NCBI GenBank assembly: GCA_943357745.1
Contig: CALRGN010000001.1
Span: 1 to 57,531, forward strand
Origin: Candidatus Uhrbacteria bacterium
GTDB lineage: Bacteria; Patescibacteriota; Patescibacteriia; UBA9934
Length of the DNA: 57,531 nt
Direction: 5' to 3'
Made by a program: the position numbers and the translations under genes. Under the pieces are notes generated by a model that made no database searches, was not told the DNA's origin, and saw only the letters and a program-made list of their open reading frames with translations. Positions 27,919 through 37,645 of this stretch are shown one piece after another; position 1 is the first letter of the stretch; each line of letters starts with the position of its first letter.

Positions 27919-29246
27919 GCTAGATCCATACCCCTCACTAGCTGCCTAATAAACTCATCCAAGCCACCAACGATCATAAATATAAACAATCCGCCCGCCG
28001 CGATTCGCCAACCTCTTCCCACTACCGCTTCTCTAGCACTCCAAACCCCATTTTTCGCCGCCGCACCGTGCGCTAAGACCAGCAATAACCCAATCAAACC
28101 ACCAAAAATACCAGCGGTAACAACAATTACTGTGTGTATTGGGATAAGAGTTTGAGCCACCAAAAACGGCGGGAGCAAACTAAGCGCCATAGACTCCCAA
28201 AACCGCAATTTAAAATCCTTCATCAGAGACTCTTGCAAATTCATGGCATTCGCCACCGCCGCATTAATAATCACTAAGCCCACAAATCCTAAGGCGATTT
28301 TTGCAATTATTGGGGACCAAAGATAATTCACCCCCAAAATTGCTAGCTCCGGCGTTAAGGAACCAAACAATCTAATCATCGCAATAATAAAAAGAAAGTA
28401 AATCGCCGTCGTAATTCCATAGCCCAGCCAAACCGCCCGTTTGGCCACCGCGATCTTTCCCGATACCGCAACCAACAGTTCCGGCGCACTCGGCAAGCCA
28501 AAAAACGCAAATAACCACAAGGTAAATACCGGGGTTAAGGCGGAAAATGGAAGCAAGAACTGGGAAAATAACCTCCAAAAAACAGCTGTCAAACCTTCAA
28601 AACCAGACTGCCAACCTTCCCATGACAAAGCACCGGCAATTGGCTGTAATTCGGCGGGATCATGAATTAAACCCATAACCACAAGAACGATTAACAATAA
28701 CATCAGCAACGGCCACAAAATTCGTCTAAAATAATTTACTCCAGCCGAACCCAGCAAAAATAAACCAGTAATCACTAAAAAACCTAAGCTAATTCCCACC
28801 CTACTCGACATTGCATCCAAACCAACCGTTCCAATATCCATTACTCCCCCATTTATCACTCTAAAAAACATCGGGATCACTTGCAAATAAGCAACAATCG
28901 CTCCCCAAATAAAAATGAGCCAAGCCCCCACCCCCAAATACCCCGCCACTGGTCCTAAATGACCCTCAATTAAGCCAAAAAATCGTTTATCGCCCACTAT
29001 TCCGCCTGCCTGCCCCCGCTTACCGCCCGTTGAATTTCCGTCTCTATCGCCCCTGTCACTGCTGGTCAAATCAAGCCACATCAAAAGCGTATGAAGGCTG
29101 ATCAATCCGATTATCACCCCACTCCCAAGCCCCCACCACCAACCGCTCATCACCACCGCCGCCGGCAGTAACAACCAACCTACTCCCACTGCAATACTTA
29201 CCACTTCCCCCGCCCCACGCAATTCACTTTTATCAAAGTTAAACAT
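27906..29246 (-). CDS. Aromatic amino acid / APC-family permease
   Basis: AVGVG.L.LP TM1 motif, about 11 TM, LFAF.G....PE. Confidence 0.75.
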   Translation of the reverse strand: MFNFDKSELRGAGEVVSIAVGVGWLLLPAAVVMSGWWWGLGSGVIIGLISLHTLLMWLDLTSSDRGDRDGNSTGGKRGQAGGIVGDKRFFGLIEGHLGPVAGYLGVGAWLIFIWGAIVAYLQVIPMFFRVINGGVMDIGTVGLDAMSSRVGISLGFLVITGLFLLGSAGVNYFRRILWPLLMLLLIVLVVMGLIHDPAELQPIAGALSWEGWQSGFEGLTAVFWRLFSQFLLPFSALTPVFTLWLFAFFGLPSAPELLVAVSGKIAVAKRAVWLGYGITTAIYFLFIIAMIRLFGSLTPELAILGVNYLWSPIIAKIALGFVGLVIINAAVANAMNLQESLMKDFKLRFWESMALSLLPPFLVAQTLIPIHTVIVVTAGIFGGLIGLLLVLAHGAAAKNGVWSAREAVVGRGWRIAAGGLFIFMIVGGLDEFIRQLVRGMDLAYFN

Positions 29247-29361
29247 ACCCCCAAAGTATACACCGTTCATCCCCTTCCCCTTCCCTCCGGAAGCGGTTAC
29301 TCTATCCTCATCCCCGCTTCCAAGTTCAGCCCCAAAAGTGTCTCAAAATCCCTTTACTTTT

Positions 29362-30858
29362 ATGCCCAATGATTTCAAATTACCTCCCCATAATTTAGAA
29401 GCCGAGCGGTCAATTCTTGGAGCGATTCTTTTAGATACTGAAGCCTTGATTAAGATTGGTGATACTTTGCAACCAACCGATTTTTATAACCAAACCAATC
29501 GGATTCTTTTTGAAACCATGTTAGATCTCTTTGCTAAACACATGCCAATTGATGTTCTCACCTTGGGAAATAGATTAGAAGAAAAACATCTTATCAAACA
29601 AACTGGCGGCCGCTCGGGACTTATAGAAATTGCCAACTCCGTTACTACTGCCAGTAACATTACTCACTACGCCCAGATCATCAGCAAAAAAGCCGCTCTA
29701 AGACGCCTGATTCAAGCCGCCAGCACCATCACAGAACTGGGCTATGATGAAAATCAAGAACTAGATCTCACGCTAGATACCGCCGAACAAACTCTTTTCA
29801 ATGTTTCCACAAATTTTATTAAGCAGAGTTTTATTCCTTTAAAAAATATTCTCACTTCTGCTTTTGACAGAATTGATGAACTCCACAAACATCGCGGTAC
29901 TCTCCGTGGTCTCTCTTCCGGCTATACCGGCCTAGACAATCTCCTGGGCGGATTACAGCGCTCTGATTTAATCATTCTCGCCGCTCGACCCTCGGTTGGA
30001 AAAACCGCCTTAGCTCTGGATATCATTAGAAATGTCGCCATCCGTACCCGTCAACCAGTGGGGTTTTTCTCTCTAGAAATGTCTAAAGAGCAATTAGTAG
30101 ATCGAATGATTTGCGCTGAAGCCAATTTGGATCTCTGGAAATTAAGAACCGGTCGGCTGTCAGATACCGAGAACGATTACCCAAAAATAGGCGATGCCTT
30201 GGGTCGGCTTTCGGAAGCGCCCATCTTCATTGATGACTCCCCCATCGCTTCAATCATGACCATTCGCACTAAAGCGCGGCGCCTGCAGAGTGAACACGGC
30301 TTAAGTATGATTGTGGTTGATTATCTTCAGCTCATGGAAGCGCGTAATAGCTCAAATTCCGATAATCGCGTTCAAGAGGTGGCGGAAATTTCCCGTGGTT
30401 TAAAACAAATCGCTAGAGAATTAAATATCCCCGTGCTCGCTCTCGCCCAGTTGTCTAGAGCAGTTGAGCTCACCAAACCAGCCATCCCTCGGCTTTCTCA
30501 CTTAAGAGACTCTGGTTCTATTGAGCAAGATGCCGATGTGGTAATGTTTTTGTATCGTAAAGCGGCCGATAGAAATTATCAGCAGGAGGAGCTCACTCCA
30601 GAAGAGAAAACTCTGGCTGAAGTTCACATTGCTAAACACCGTAATGGTCCAACTGGTATGGTTAAACTGTTCTGGGATAGCACCCGCGCCTCATTCAAAA
30701 ATTTAGAAACAAGGAATGTTACTCAACCAATGAATTCCCCCGGATCCATTAACAACGCATCCACAGGCTCAAATCAAAAGCTAGCCCCCGGCCTGCCACC
30801 TAAAGGCTATGTGCCAACAAACCTCGTCGCTCTTCCCCAATCAAAGTCAATCAGCTAA
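29362..30858 (+). CDS. dnaB: Replicative DNA helicase
   Basis: PPHNLEAE, AARPSVGKT, VDYLQL, LRDSGSIEQDAD, KHRNGPTG. Confidence 0.98.
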   Translation: MPNDFKLPPHNLEAERSILGAILLDTEALIKIGDTLQPTDFYNQTNRILFETMLDLFAKHMPIDVLTLGNRLEEKHLIKQTGGRSGLIEIANSVTTASNITHYAQIISKKAALRRLIQAASTITELGYDENQELDLTLDTAEQTLFNVSTNFIKQSFIPLKNILTSAFDRIDELHKHRGTLRGLSSGYTGLDNLLGGLQRSDLIILAARPSVGKTALALDIIRNVAIRTRQPVGFFSLEMSKEQLVDRMICAEANLDLWKLRTGRLSDTENDYPKIGDALGRLSEAPIFIDDSPIASIMTIRTKARRLQSEHGLSMIVVDYLQLMEARNSSNSDNRVQEVAEISRGLKQIARELNIPVLALAQLSRAVELTKPAIPRLSHLRDSGSIEQDADVVMFLYRKAADRNYQQEELTPEEKTLAEVHIAKHRNGPTGMVKLFWDSTRASFKNLETRNVTQPMNSPGSINNASTGSNQKLAPGLPPKGYVPTNLVALPQSKSIS

Positions 30859-30888
30859 ACTGTCCCCAACTCTTTATTTTTTTATAAT

Positions 30889-31185
30889 ATGTTTCAAAAA
30901 CTAAAACAATTCAAAGAATTACGGGATCAAGGTAAACAAATGAAATCACTGATGGATGAGGTGATAATTGTTGGATCAGACAAAGCCAACTTAGTGATGA
31001 TTACCTTAAACGGTAGTCATGAAGTTCTGGGAGTAAAGGTGGCCCCAGATCAAGAACCGGCTGTTTTAGAACAAGCCATCAAACAAGCGCTCACCGATGC
31101 CAACTCAAAGTTGCAGAAAGAAATGGTCTCGCAAATGCAAAAAAACGGTGGCGCAATGGAATTTTTAAAAAAGCTCGGTACCTAA
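30889..31185 (+). CDS. ybaB: YbaB/EbfC nucleoid-associated protein
   Basis: Typical size and pattern, directly upstream of recR. Confidence 0.85.
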   Translation: MFQKLKQFKELRDQGKQMKSLMDEVIIVGSDKANLVMITLNGSHEVLGVKVAPDQEPAVLEQAIKQALTDANSKLQKEMVSQMQKNGGAMEFLKKLGT

Positions 31186-31218
31186 TCATCCCCACTTCGG
31201 TACATAATCATCCCCACT
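31175..31218. repeat. 22-bp tandem duplication spanning the ybaB stop codon
   Basis: tcggtacctaatcatccccact / tcggtacataatcatccccact. Confidence 0.9.
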
Positions 31219-31247
31219 AACGATAACTCCCAATCGGTCCTAAACAC

Positions 31248-31847
31248 ATGAGAAAATTTCCGGAACCAATTCAAATCGCCACCGCCGCTCTAAACCGACT
31301 CCCTGGAGTGGGGCCCAAAACCGCCCTCCGTTATGTTTACGCCTTGGTAAAACGGCCCGCTAAAGAGTTAGAGACAATTGCCCAAGCTATTAAAGCGTTG
31401 GCCCACTTAAAAGTCTGCGAAAAATGTTTTACCTATTCCAATGATTCGATTTGTGAATATTGTAGTAACCCCGCTCGAGACAAACGCTTACTCTGCGTAG
31501 TCTCTGAACCCAGAGATATCGCCACCATAGAATCAACCGGTGAGTATAAAGGGCTTTATTTTGTTTTAGGTGGTGTTCTAAATCCAATTGATGGTCAAAC
31601 CGTAGAAATGTTAAGAATCAAAGAATTAGAAGCTCTCCTTGCTAAATCAGAAATTATTTCAGAAATTATCCTCGCCTTCTCTCCCAACATTCACGGGGAA
31701 ACTACGATTTTATTTCTCACTAAACTCCTTAACAACTTAAATAAAAAGACCAGTCGCTTAGCGACCGGTCTTCCCATGGGAGCAGAACTGGAATATGCCG
31801 ATGAAGTCACTCTCATGAACGCCATCAAAGGCCGAACTAAAATTTGA
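31248..31847 (+). CDS. recR: Recombination mediator RecR
   Basis: LPGVGPKTA, C4 zinc finger, Toprim, GLPMG.ELEYAD. Confidence 0.97.
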   Translation: MRKFPEPIQIATAALNRLPGVGPKTALRYVYALVKRPAKELETIAQAIKALAHLKVCEKCFTYSNDSICEYCSNPARDKRLLCVVSEPRDIATIESTGEYKGLYFVLGGVLNPIDGQTVEMLRIKELEALLAKSEIISEIILAFSPNIHGETTILFLTKLLNNLNKKTSRLATGLPMGAELEYADEVTLMNAIKGRTKI

Positions 31848-31891
31848 TAGCAACCCTAAAGTTTGACCGATGCAAAGTTTTACCAATACCA

Positions 31892-31916
31892 AAACGCCAC
31901 CCAATCGGTGGCGTTT
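31892..31916. terminator. Bidirectional terminator between convergent recR and rplU
   Basis: aaacgccacc-caatc-ggtggcgttt perfect stem. Confidence 0.8.
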
Positions 31917-31930
31917 AGTATTCAGTGCCA

Positions 31931-32242
31931 TTAGACAATCGCGGTAATTTCAATCGCGGTAAATGGTTGTCTATGACCAACATTCCGACGATATCTCACC
32001 TTAGGCTTAAATTTAATGACGGAAATTTTGTCGGCTCGGCCTTGCTCCACCACTTTAGCGGTTACCTTGGCACCAACCACTGTTGGCAAACCAAGTTTCA
32101 AAGCCGATCCATTCTCATCAGTAACAAGCAACGGCTCAAAACTAATCTCCTCCCCAACCGCTTGTTCTAATTTTTCCACCTTTAAAGTTTGACCAACTTT
32201 AACAAAATATTGTTTTCCACCGGTCTGAATCACTGCGTACAT
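31931..32242 (-). CDS. rplU: 50S ribosomal protein L21
   Basis: MYAVIQTGGKQY...GHRQPFT. Confidence 0.98.
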   Translation of the reverse strand: MYAVIQTGGKQYFVKVGQTLKVEKLEQAVGEEISFEPLLVTDENGSALKLGLPTVVGAKVTAKVVEQGRADKISVIKFKPKVRYRRNVGHRQPFTAIEITAIV

Positions 32243-32362
32243 AGGTTATTTGACTGCTCGGGCGGGTCTAGGCTAGGCCTGACCACTTGAAATAAAGGGT
32301 CCGTCGACAAATAACAATTTGACGATCAGTCCAACTAGCCCTACGCAAGTCGTTAAAAATAC
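32243..32362 (-). promoter_or_regulatory. About 120-nt structured 5' leader of rplU (candidate r-leader)
   Basis: Nested pairings tagggctag/ctagccta and ggactgatc/ggtcaggcc between promoter and ATG. Confidence 0.4.
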
Positions 32363-32368
32363 CGGAAT

Positions 32369-32397
32369 AGTGTACCAGAACAATAAAAATAAAGCAA
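32369..32397 (-). promoter_or_regulatory. rplU sigma70 promoter
   Basis: TTGCTT-17 bp-TACACT with extended TG. Confidence 0.75.
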
Positions 32398-32407
32398 ATT
32401 AAAAGCC

Positions 32408-32465
32408 CCAGGCATCAGCGGACGCCTGGGGAACTCTATCTCCAGGCATCAGCCGACGCCTGGGG
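32408..32465 (-). terminator. Tandem duplicated hairpin (24-bp unit x2, period 34), terminator of the upstream orphan
   Basis: ccaggcatcagcggacgcctgggg / ccaggcatcagccgacgcctgggg; U-tract on the minus strand after the distal copy. Confidence 0.75.
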
Positions 32466-32479
32466 GAGAAGAATAGGAA

Positions 32480-33109
32480 CTAGTAGTCGGAGCGACGGTG
32501 GCTCGGTTTGGCGGCCGTTCCGGTCCCACCTTTCAATGCTTCCTCCTTATCCAAAGCCTCTTTGCGGAGGCGTTGATTTACCAGCGCCTGATTCCAGCGG
32601 GCATCCGAATTGGCTTTCTCGGTCTCTCTTGACCGCGCCGCCAATCGGCGCGCTAGACTTTCGGCTGCCCTCGCCCGAACTTCGGCCATTTGAGCCAAAC
32701 GGTCATCCTCCTTGCAACGAATCTGCCCCAGCCAGATCAACCGATCGTAGACTACCTGCGCCGCCGGACGGTCCGTAAGCTGGCGCCCGTACTCGTTAAT
32801 ATAGTCACCACGCAACTCCACCCGCTGGCCATTGAAAAGGAGGGTACCGTGATTGAAGTCGGACGACAGGTTCATCGCCTCTAGGATCGCCTCGACCCAA
32901 TTGAGCCAATATTGGACCGGTTTATTCCGTGTCAACAAGTCAGCGAGCAAGAGCAGGAGGGTTTCTTTAAGCTCCTCCTGTGCCTCAGTCGGCGGCGCAA
33001 AGCGCTGTACCCGTTCAATCATCATTTGAGTTGGACGGGTCACAGCTGTGACACTTCGGGGGGGATTGTGCGCGGGTGAACCGAACACGAGGGGGGTAAC
33101 AAGTCTCAT
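32480..33109 (-). CDS. Orphan hypothetical protein with C-terminal coiled coil
   Basis: GAGGTG SD, own promoter, double terminator, GC-richer than flanks. Confidence 0.7.
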   Translation of the reverse strand: MRLVTPLVFGSPAHNPPRSVTAVTRPTQMMIERVQRFAPPTEAQEELKETLLLLLADLLTRNKPVQYWLNWVEAILEAMNLSSDFNHGTLLFNGQRVELRGDYINEYGRQLTDRPAAQVVYDRLIWLGQIRCKEDDRLAQMAEVRARAAESLARRLAARSRETEKANSDARWNQALVNQRLRKEALDKEEALKGGTGTAAKPSHRRSDY

Positions 33110-33155
33110 TGAAACACCTCAGTGAATTGCTCGGGCGGAATGCCAAAGCGGTCAA

Positions 33156-33183
33156 AGTATAGCAGAAATATGAAATATGGCAA
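33156..33183 (-). promoter_or_regulatory. Sigma70 promoter with extended -10
   Basis: TTGCCA-16 bp-TATACT with TG. Confidence 0.7.
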
Positions 33184-33189
33184 ATATTT

Positions 33190-33759
33190 CTACCATTCCA
33201 CTTCATCCCCCACTTCAAAACCCCACCTCGCCGCCACCCCAGTGCTGACTTCCAAAACAGCGTCAATCTCCCCCGGGGAGTCCAAAAACGGGCCATCATC
33301 ACTCATATTAGGCTCGATCCCCGTATCAATTCGCACAATTTTACCTTCCCCAATCCAAATAAAATCTAAAGCAAAGGTCATTTTTCGCATTGTAAAAGTT
33401 ACCGATCGGGCCGGATCATAAGTAAACAATAGACCCCGATCAATCCAGTCTTCTTCTTTTTCTTGAGAGAGTCCTTGATACTGCTCGGCCGGCGTATCGG
33501 CAATCGTAATCGCTAATCTGCTCTTCTCAACCATCTCGTCAAACACGCCCCCATCAATCGCGCTCATCCCAACCTCATAAAACCAACCCGATTCCCGGAC
33601 AGTCTGATCATATTTATTCTCAACTTGACTAGAAAGTTTGAGCGCCCACCAGACTAGCCCAATGCAAATAAAACTAATTCCCACCACTAGCACTATGGTA
33701 AGTTTAGTCAGTTTCCCTAATTTAGAAGGTTTAGAAAAATTATTTTGTTGGTCAACCAT
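33190..33759 (-). CDS. DUF192 domain protein with N-terminal TM
   Basis: IADT......GLS, GLLF, F.MRKM.F.LDFIWI, VLEV..G......VGD. Confidence 0.9.
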   Translation of the reverse strand: MVDQQNNFSKPSKLGKLTKLTIVLVVGISFICIGLVWWALKLSSQVENKYDQTVRESGWFYEVGMSAIDGGVFDEMVEKSRLAITIADTPAEQYQGLSQEKEEDWIDRGLLFTYDPARSVTFTMRKMTFALDFIWIGEGKIVRIDTGIEPNMSDDGPFLDSPGEIDAVLEVSTGVAARWGFEVGDEVEW

Positions 33760-33790
33760 ATTTTTAGCCAAAGCTACTTGGCGACAGACC

Positions 33791-34828
33791 CTATAACTGA
33801 TCAAGTTTTTTCCCGACCGATTTAATCGCTATCACTGCCGCCACCAAAAGAATCAACAAACCAGTCCACTTCAACCACGGCACGGTGAGCAAAGTAGTCG
33901 CTCCAAATACTCCCCCCACCACCACATACAAGATCGTAACTTGAATCGGTCGCCAACCACTATCCAATAGGCGGAGGTGCCAATGAGTGCGGTCACCAAT
34001 CCAGATTGGTTGCGACCGTTTAATTCTTTCAAAAATCACTATCACCAAGTCAACCGCCGGCAAACCCAACACCAAGGCTATGGTCAACAATTTACTACCG
34101 GCGATAATGGCCAGCGCCCCCAACCAATACCCCACCAAAGTACTCCCCCCTTCTCCCAGATACGCCTTGGCGGGCGGTTTATTCCAACCCAAAAATCCTA
34201 AGAGCACCGCAATTAAAATCAGCGCTAGTCCCGCCACCGTTGGTTGTAAAAAAACAGTGGAGGTGGTGAGCAAAATAATCGCCAGACTTCCGCTCACTCC
34301 CACTCCGCCCGTCAGTCCATCAACTCCATCAGTAAGTTTACTTAAATAGGTAATTGTTAATAACCAAATCCCAGCCGTAATAATTCCTAAAACTTCGCCA
34401 ACTTCCACTCCCCCTCCTAAGATTGGATTAGTAATTTTGCTAACTTCTAATCCCCCAATCAGCGCCAAGAGCACCGCCAACAAGGGGGCAACAACGGTTT
34501 TGCTCGCCGGCCAGCAATACCGATCATCCAAAAACCCACCGATTAGTAAGATCAAACCACCCACCGTTAAAGCAAAAATCTTTTGCGCCGTTATTGCATC
34601 AATTATCGTAGGATCGGTAATTCCAATAAACAGCAGTCCGGCAGATAACCCCATCCAAATTCCCACTCCCCCCACTAGCGGTGTAGGGGTGAAATTTGAT
34701 TTCCGACTAGGGTTTGGTTGATCCACCAACCCCAACCGTTTGGCGATCGGGATCAGCCCACCAATTACAATCGTCGCTACCCCTCCCGCAATCAAGGCTC
34801 CCAACCACCAACTGCTCGCGATTAGCAT
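33791..34828 (-). CDS. MraY/WecA/TagO family (GT4) polyprenyl-phosphate sugar-1-P transferase
   Basis: PTPLVGG, GFLDD, DGVDGL, WN.PPAK.YLGEGG, DRTH.H.RL. Confidence 0.9.
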   Translation of the reverse strand: MLIASSWWLGALIAGGVATIVIGGLIPIAKRLGLVDQPNPSRKSNFTPTPLVGGVGIWMGLSAGLLFIGITDPTIIDAITAQKIFALTVGGLILLIGGFLDDRYCWPASKTVVAPLLAVLLALIGGLEVSKITNPILGGGVEVGEVLGIITAGIWLLTITYLSKLTDGVDGLTGGVGVSGSLAIILLTTSTVFLQPTVAGLALILIAVLLGFLGWNKPPAKAYLGEGGSTLVGYWLGALAIIAGSKLLTIALVLGLPAVDLVIVIFERIKRSQPIWIGDRTHWHLRLLDSGWRPIQVTILYVVVGGVFGATTLLTVPWLKWTGLLILLVAAVIAIKSVGKKLDQL

Positions 34829-34851
34829 AAAACTTTGATGATTTCCGGCAA

Positions 34852-36021
34852 CTATTTGCTCTCAGCATGATTCCCTCCCGCCATAATCACTCCCCTAAGT
34901 TCACTCATCATCCGCAAATAAAACCCCAGATTAATTCCGCTAGCCAGTCTTAATCCCAACAGCTCCTCGGCTCTAAAAAGATGTCTCAAATAAGCACGAG
35001 AGTACTGCTGTCCCGGCAAATAATCCGACCACTGATCAAGCGGACTAGCATCTAAAATATAACACTCATTTGTAATGTTAACCTTATTGTATAACGCCTC
35101 CGCCACTGCTTCAGACGGTGCCTCCGTCTGTGCTAAGGCAAACGCCTTTTTTACCGCCTCTTTAGGGTCTTCCTTCCAAAGAAAAATCTGACCGTGCCTA
35201 GCGTTTCTTGTAGGCAAAACACAATCAAACATATCCACCCCTTGGCTCACATAATATAAAATCTCTTCCGGCATTCCCCCACCCATAAAATAGCGCGGTT
35301 GATCAACCGGCAAAAGCGCTGCAATCTTCTTCACTACGCGGTAGCAATCAGCCCGCTCTTCACCCACCGAGAGTCCACCAATCGCATAACCGTCAAAGCC
35401 AAGCAACTTCAATCCTTCCGCGGACCGTTCCCGCAAATCCAAAAAACTACCACCCTGCACAATCCCAAACAATAATCGGTGGGGATAATCACTATCGCGA
35501 GTAGTCAAACATCTCTCCGCCCAACGCAGAGAACGTTCCATCGCCAATTTTGAATCAGCATAATCCGCTCCCCCCGCTAACACCTGATCCAGTTGCATCA
35601 TGATGTCGGCACCAATAATCCCTTGAGCTTGAATAGAGGATTCTGGTGTAAGCAATAATTTAGAACCGTCTAAATGGGAGGAAAATTCTACCCCCTCTTC
35701 CCTTAATTTTGTAAGTTTAGATAAGCTATAAACTTGATAACCACCACTATCGGTCAGTAACGGCCCGCTCCAATTCATCAAATTCTTAATTCCCCCAAGT
35801 TTTTTCAACGCTTCAAGACCCGGTCTAAGAATCAAATGGTAGGTATTGCTCAAAATTATTTGTGCCCCTAAATCAGCCACCTCTTCAGCTAACATCCCCT
35901 TCACCGCTCCGGCAGTAGCAATTGGCATAAACACCGGAGTATTCACTCTTCCGGATATAGTGGTCAAAGCGCCCGCCCGCGCCGCGCCCTGTTGATTCAA
36001 AATCGCAAACTCGTTTGCCAT
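34852..36021 (-). CDS. tgt: tRNA-guanine transglycosylase
   Basis: TPVFMP, NTYHL, TDSGGYQ, FGIVQGG, GGLSVGE, DMFDCVLPTRNARHG. Confidence 0.96.
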   Translation of the reverse strand: MANEFAILNQQGAARAGALTTISGRVNTPVFMPIATAGAVKGMLAEEVADLGAQIILSNTYHLILRPGLEALKKLGGIKNLMNWSGPLLTDSGGYQVYSLSKLTKLREEGVEFSSHLDGSKLLLTPESSIQAQGIIGADIMMQLDQVLAGGADYADSKLAMERSLRWAERCLTTRDSDYPHRLLFGIVQGGSFLDLRERSAEGLKLLGFDGYAIGGLSVGEERADCYRVVKKIAALLPVDQPRYFMGGGMPEEILYYVSQGVDMFDCVLPTRNARHGQIFLWKEDPKEAVKKAFALAQTEAPSEAVAEALYNKVNITNECYILDASPLDQWSDYLPGQQYSRAYLRHLFRAEELLGLRLASGINLGFYLRMMSELRGVIMAGGNHAESK

Positions 36022-36046
36022 AAACAATTTTAGGCGCGAGCAATAC

Positions 36047-36715
36047 TCAAGTTCTTAAACTAAATAACACCAAACTAGCAGCCACCAATACATTCAAAGA
36101 TTCTACCGCTTGAGCATGCGGGATAAAAATTGATTCACCTTCAATTTCTAACCTGATTCCTTGCCCTTCATTTCCCACAATCACCAGTCTTGATTGTTTC
36201 TCAGGTATAGCAGTCAACTCACGCGCGCCGTTTCTCTTCTCCAACCGCCAAATCTCTCTACCAAACCCACTCAAAATCTCTTCTGCCCCCTCGCGATTAA
36301 GGGTGACCCAGGGAGTTTTGAAAATCCCCCCGGCACTAGCTCTAATAGTTTTAGGATTGCTAACTTCCGCGCATTCCACCAGTATCACCCCGGCACCAAA
36401 GGCCGCCGCCGATCGTAACAACCCGCCCACATTTCCCGGATCCTGAATCCCATCCAACACCAAAACGGTTCCCGTAGCATTTACCTCATCCATTGAAAAT
36501 TGCGGGATCCTGGCCACGGCCGCTAATCTTGGCAAACTTTCGGCGTGAATCACTTCTCTAAAATTTGGCGTATCCTTGGCGGAAAAAATAAATTCAATCC
36601 AGTCTTTACATTCTTTTACTAATTTCTCCCCCTCAATAATACAAAGACCTTTATCTTCACGCTCCGTTCTTTTCTGTAACGCTAATAATAATCTTGATTT
36701 ACTTTTTTCTAACAT
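36047..36715 (-). CDS. TrmH/SpoU family RNA methyltransferase
   Basis: IQDPGNVG...RSA, GNEGQG, ESLNV. Confidence 0.92.
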   Translation of the reverse strand: MLEKSKSRLLLALQKRTEREDKGLCIIEGEKLVKECKDWIEFIFSAKDTPNFREVIHAESLPRLAAVARIPQFSMDEVNATGTVLVLDGIQDPGNVGGLLRSAAAFGAGVILVECAEVSNPKTIRASAGGIFKTPWVTLNREGAEEILSGFGREIWRLEKRNGARELTAIPEKQSRLVIVGNEGQGIRLEIEGESIFIPHAQAVESLNVLVAASLVLFSLRT

Positions 36716-36727
36716 AATCAACCAGGG

Positions 36728-37645
36728 TTAGATTTTTAGATGTTTCCTCATTGACCAAATAATCGTTATAGCTACGCAGACCGCCATAATCAAATACTCG
36801 GCGGTAAGGTAGAAAACTAGATCAGGTATGGTAATTGCACCGGCAATAAAGTGATAATCCCCAACAAATCGCTCTAAACTAGGTAAGCCATAGTGCCACA
36901 ACCCCCACCCTATCAGATTAACTATCACCACCGCAACCGTCACCAAGATTAAACCCTCTACCACAAACGGACCCTTAATAAACCAGTCCTTAGCCCCCAC
37001 TAGCTTCATTACCCCGATTTCTTCTCTTCGCACGTAAATTCCTAATCTGATTGAGTTGAAAATAATCATCAAACTAATCAATCCAAATAAAATTGAGATT
37101 GACCAACCGCCCACCGTTACTCGATTGGTTATCTCTCCCAAACGAGTAGCGATCGGTGCATAATCAGAGAGTGAAGTTGACTCTATCAAACTGGAGAATT
37201 CCGGACTACCGGAGACCGCTTCTAAAATCAAAGGGAAATTCAAGGGATCCTTGGCGGCTACTCTTATCATCGGTCCAAACGGATTTTCTCCCACCTCTCC
37301 TAAACCGGCTAATATTTGTTCATCATCAGCGTGTCTAAGTTTGAATGCTTCAAGATTTTCTTCAGCGTCAATCAGTACCACCCTTTTAGTTTCAGGCAAA
37401 GTAGTTAAGTATCCATACAACGCCCCTTGTTCTGCCACAGTAACACCGCTATTCAAGAATATTTGAGCCGTGATTTCTTCACCTAGCTTGCCCGCTAGAG
37501 CCTGACTCAATACTGAGATTCCCAAAATAAGATTCACACTCAACAAAGTTAAAATCAACAGAAATAAAGTTACTACACTCAACCAAAAATTACGAAACAA
37601 CCCCTGAAGCGAATACTTGATCATTCTAATAATTGATCGCATCAT
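36728..37645 (-). CDS. ftsX: Cell division permease FtsX
   Basis: RN.WLS, ENP, RREEIGVMKLVGA..WFIKGPF..EG. Confidence 0.92.
   Translation of the reverse strand: MMRSIIRMIKYSLQGLFRNFWLSVVTLFLLILTLLSVNLILGISVLSQALAGKLGEEITAQIFLNSGVTVAEQGALYGYLTTLPETKRVVLIDAEENLEAFKLRHADDEQILAGLGEVGENPFGPMIRVAAKDPLNFPLILEAVSGSPEFSSLIESTSLSDYAPIATRLGEITNRVTVGGWSISILFGLISLMIIFNSIRLGIYVRREEIGVMKLVGAKDWFIKGPFVVEGLILVTVAVVIVNLIGWGLWHYGLPSLERFVGDYHFIAGAITIPDLVFYLTAEYLIMAVCVAITIIWSMRKHLKI

Noticed and set aside
32408..32465. Mini CRISPR array
   Set aside because: Two units separated by only 10 bp; position and U-tract fit a duplicated terminator
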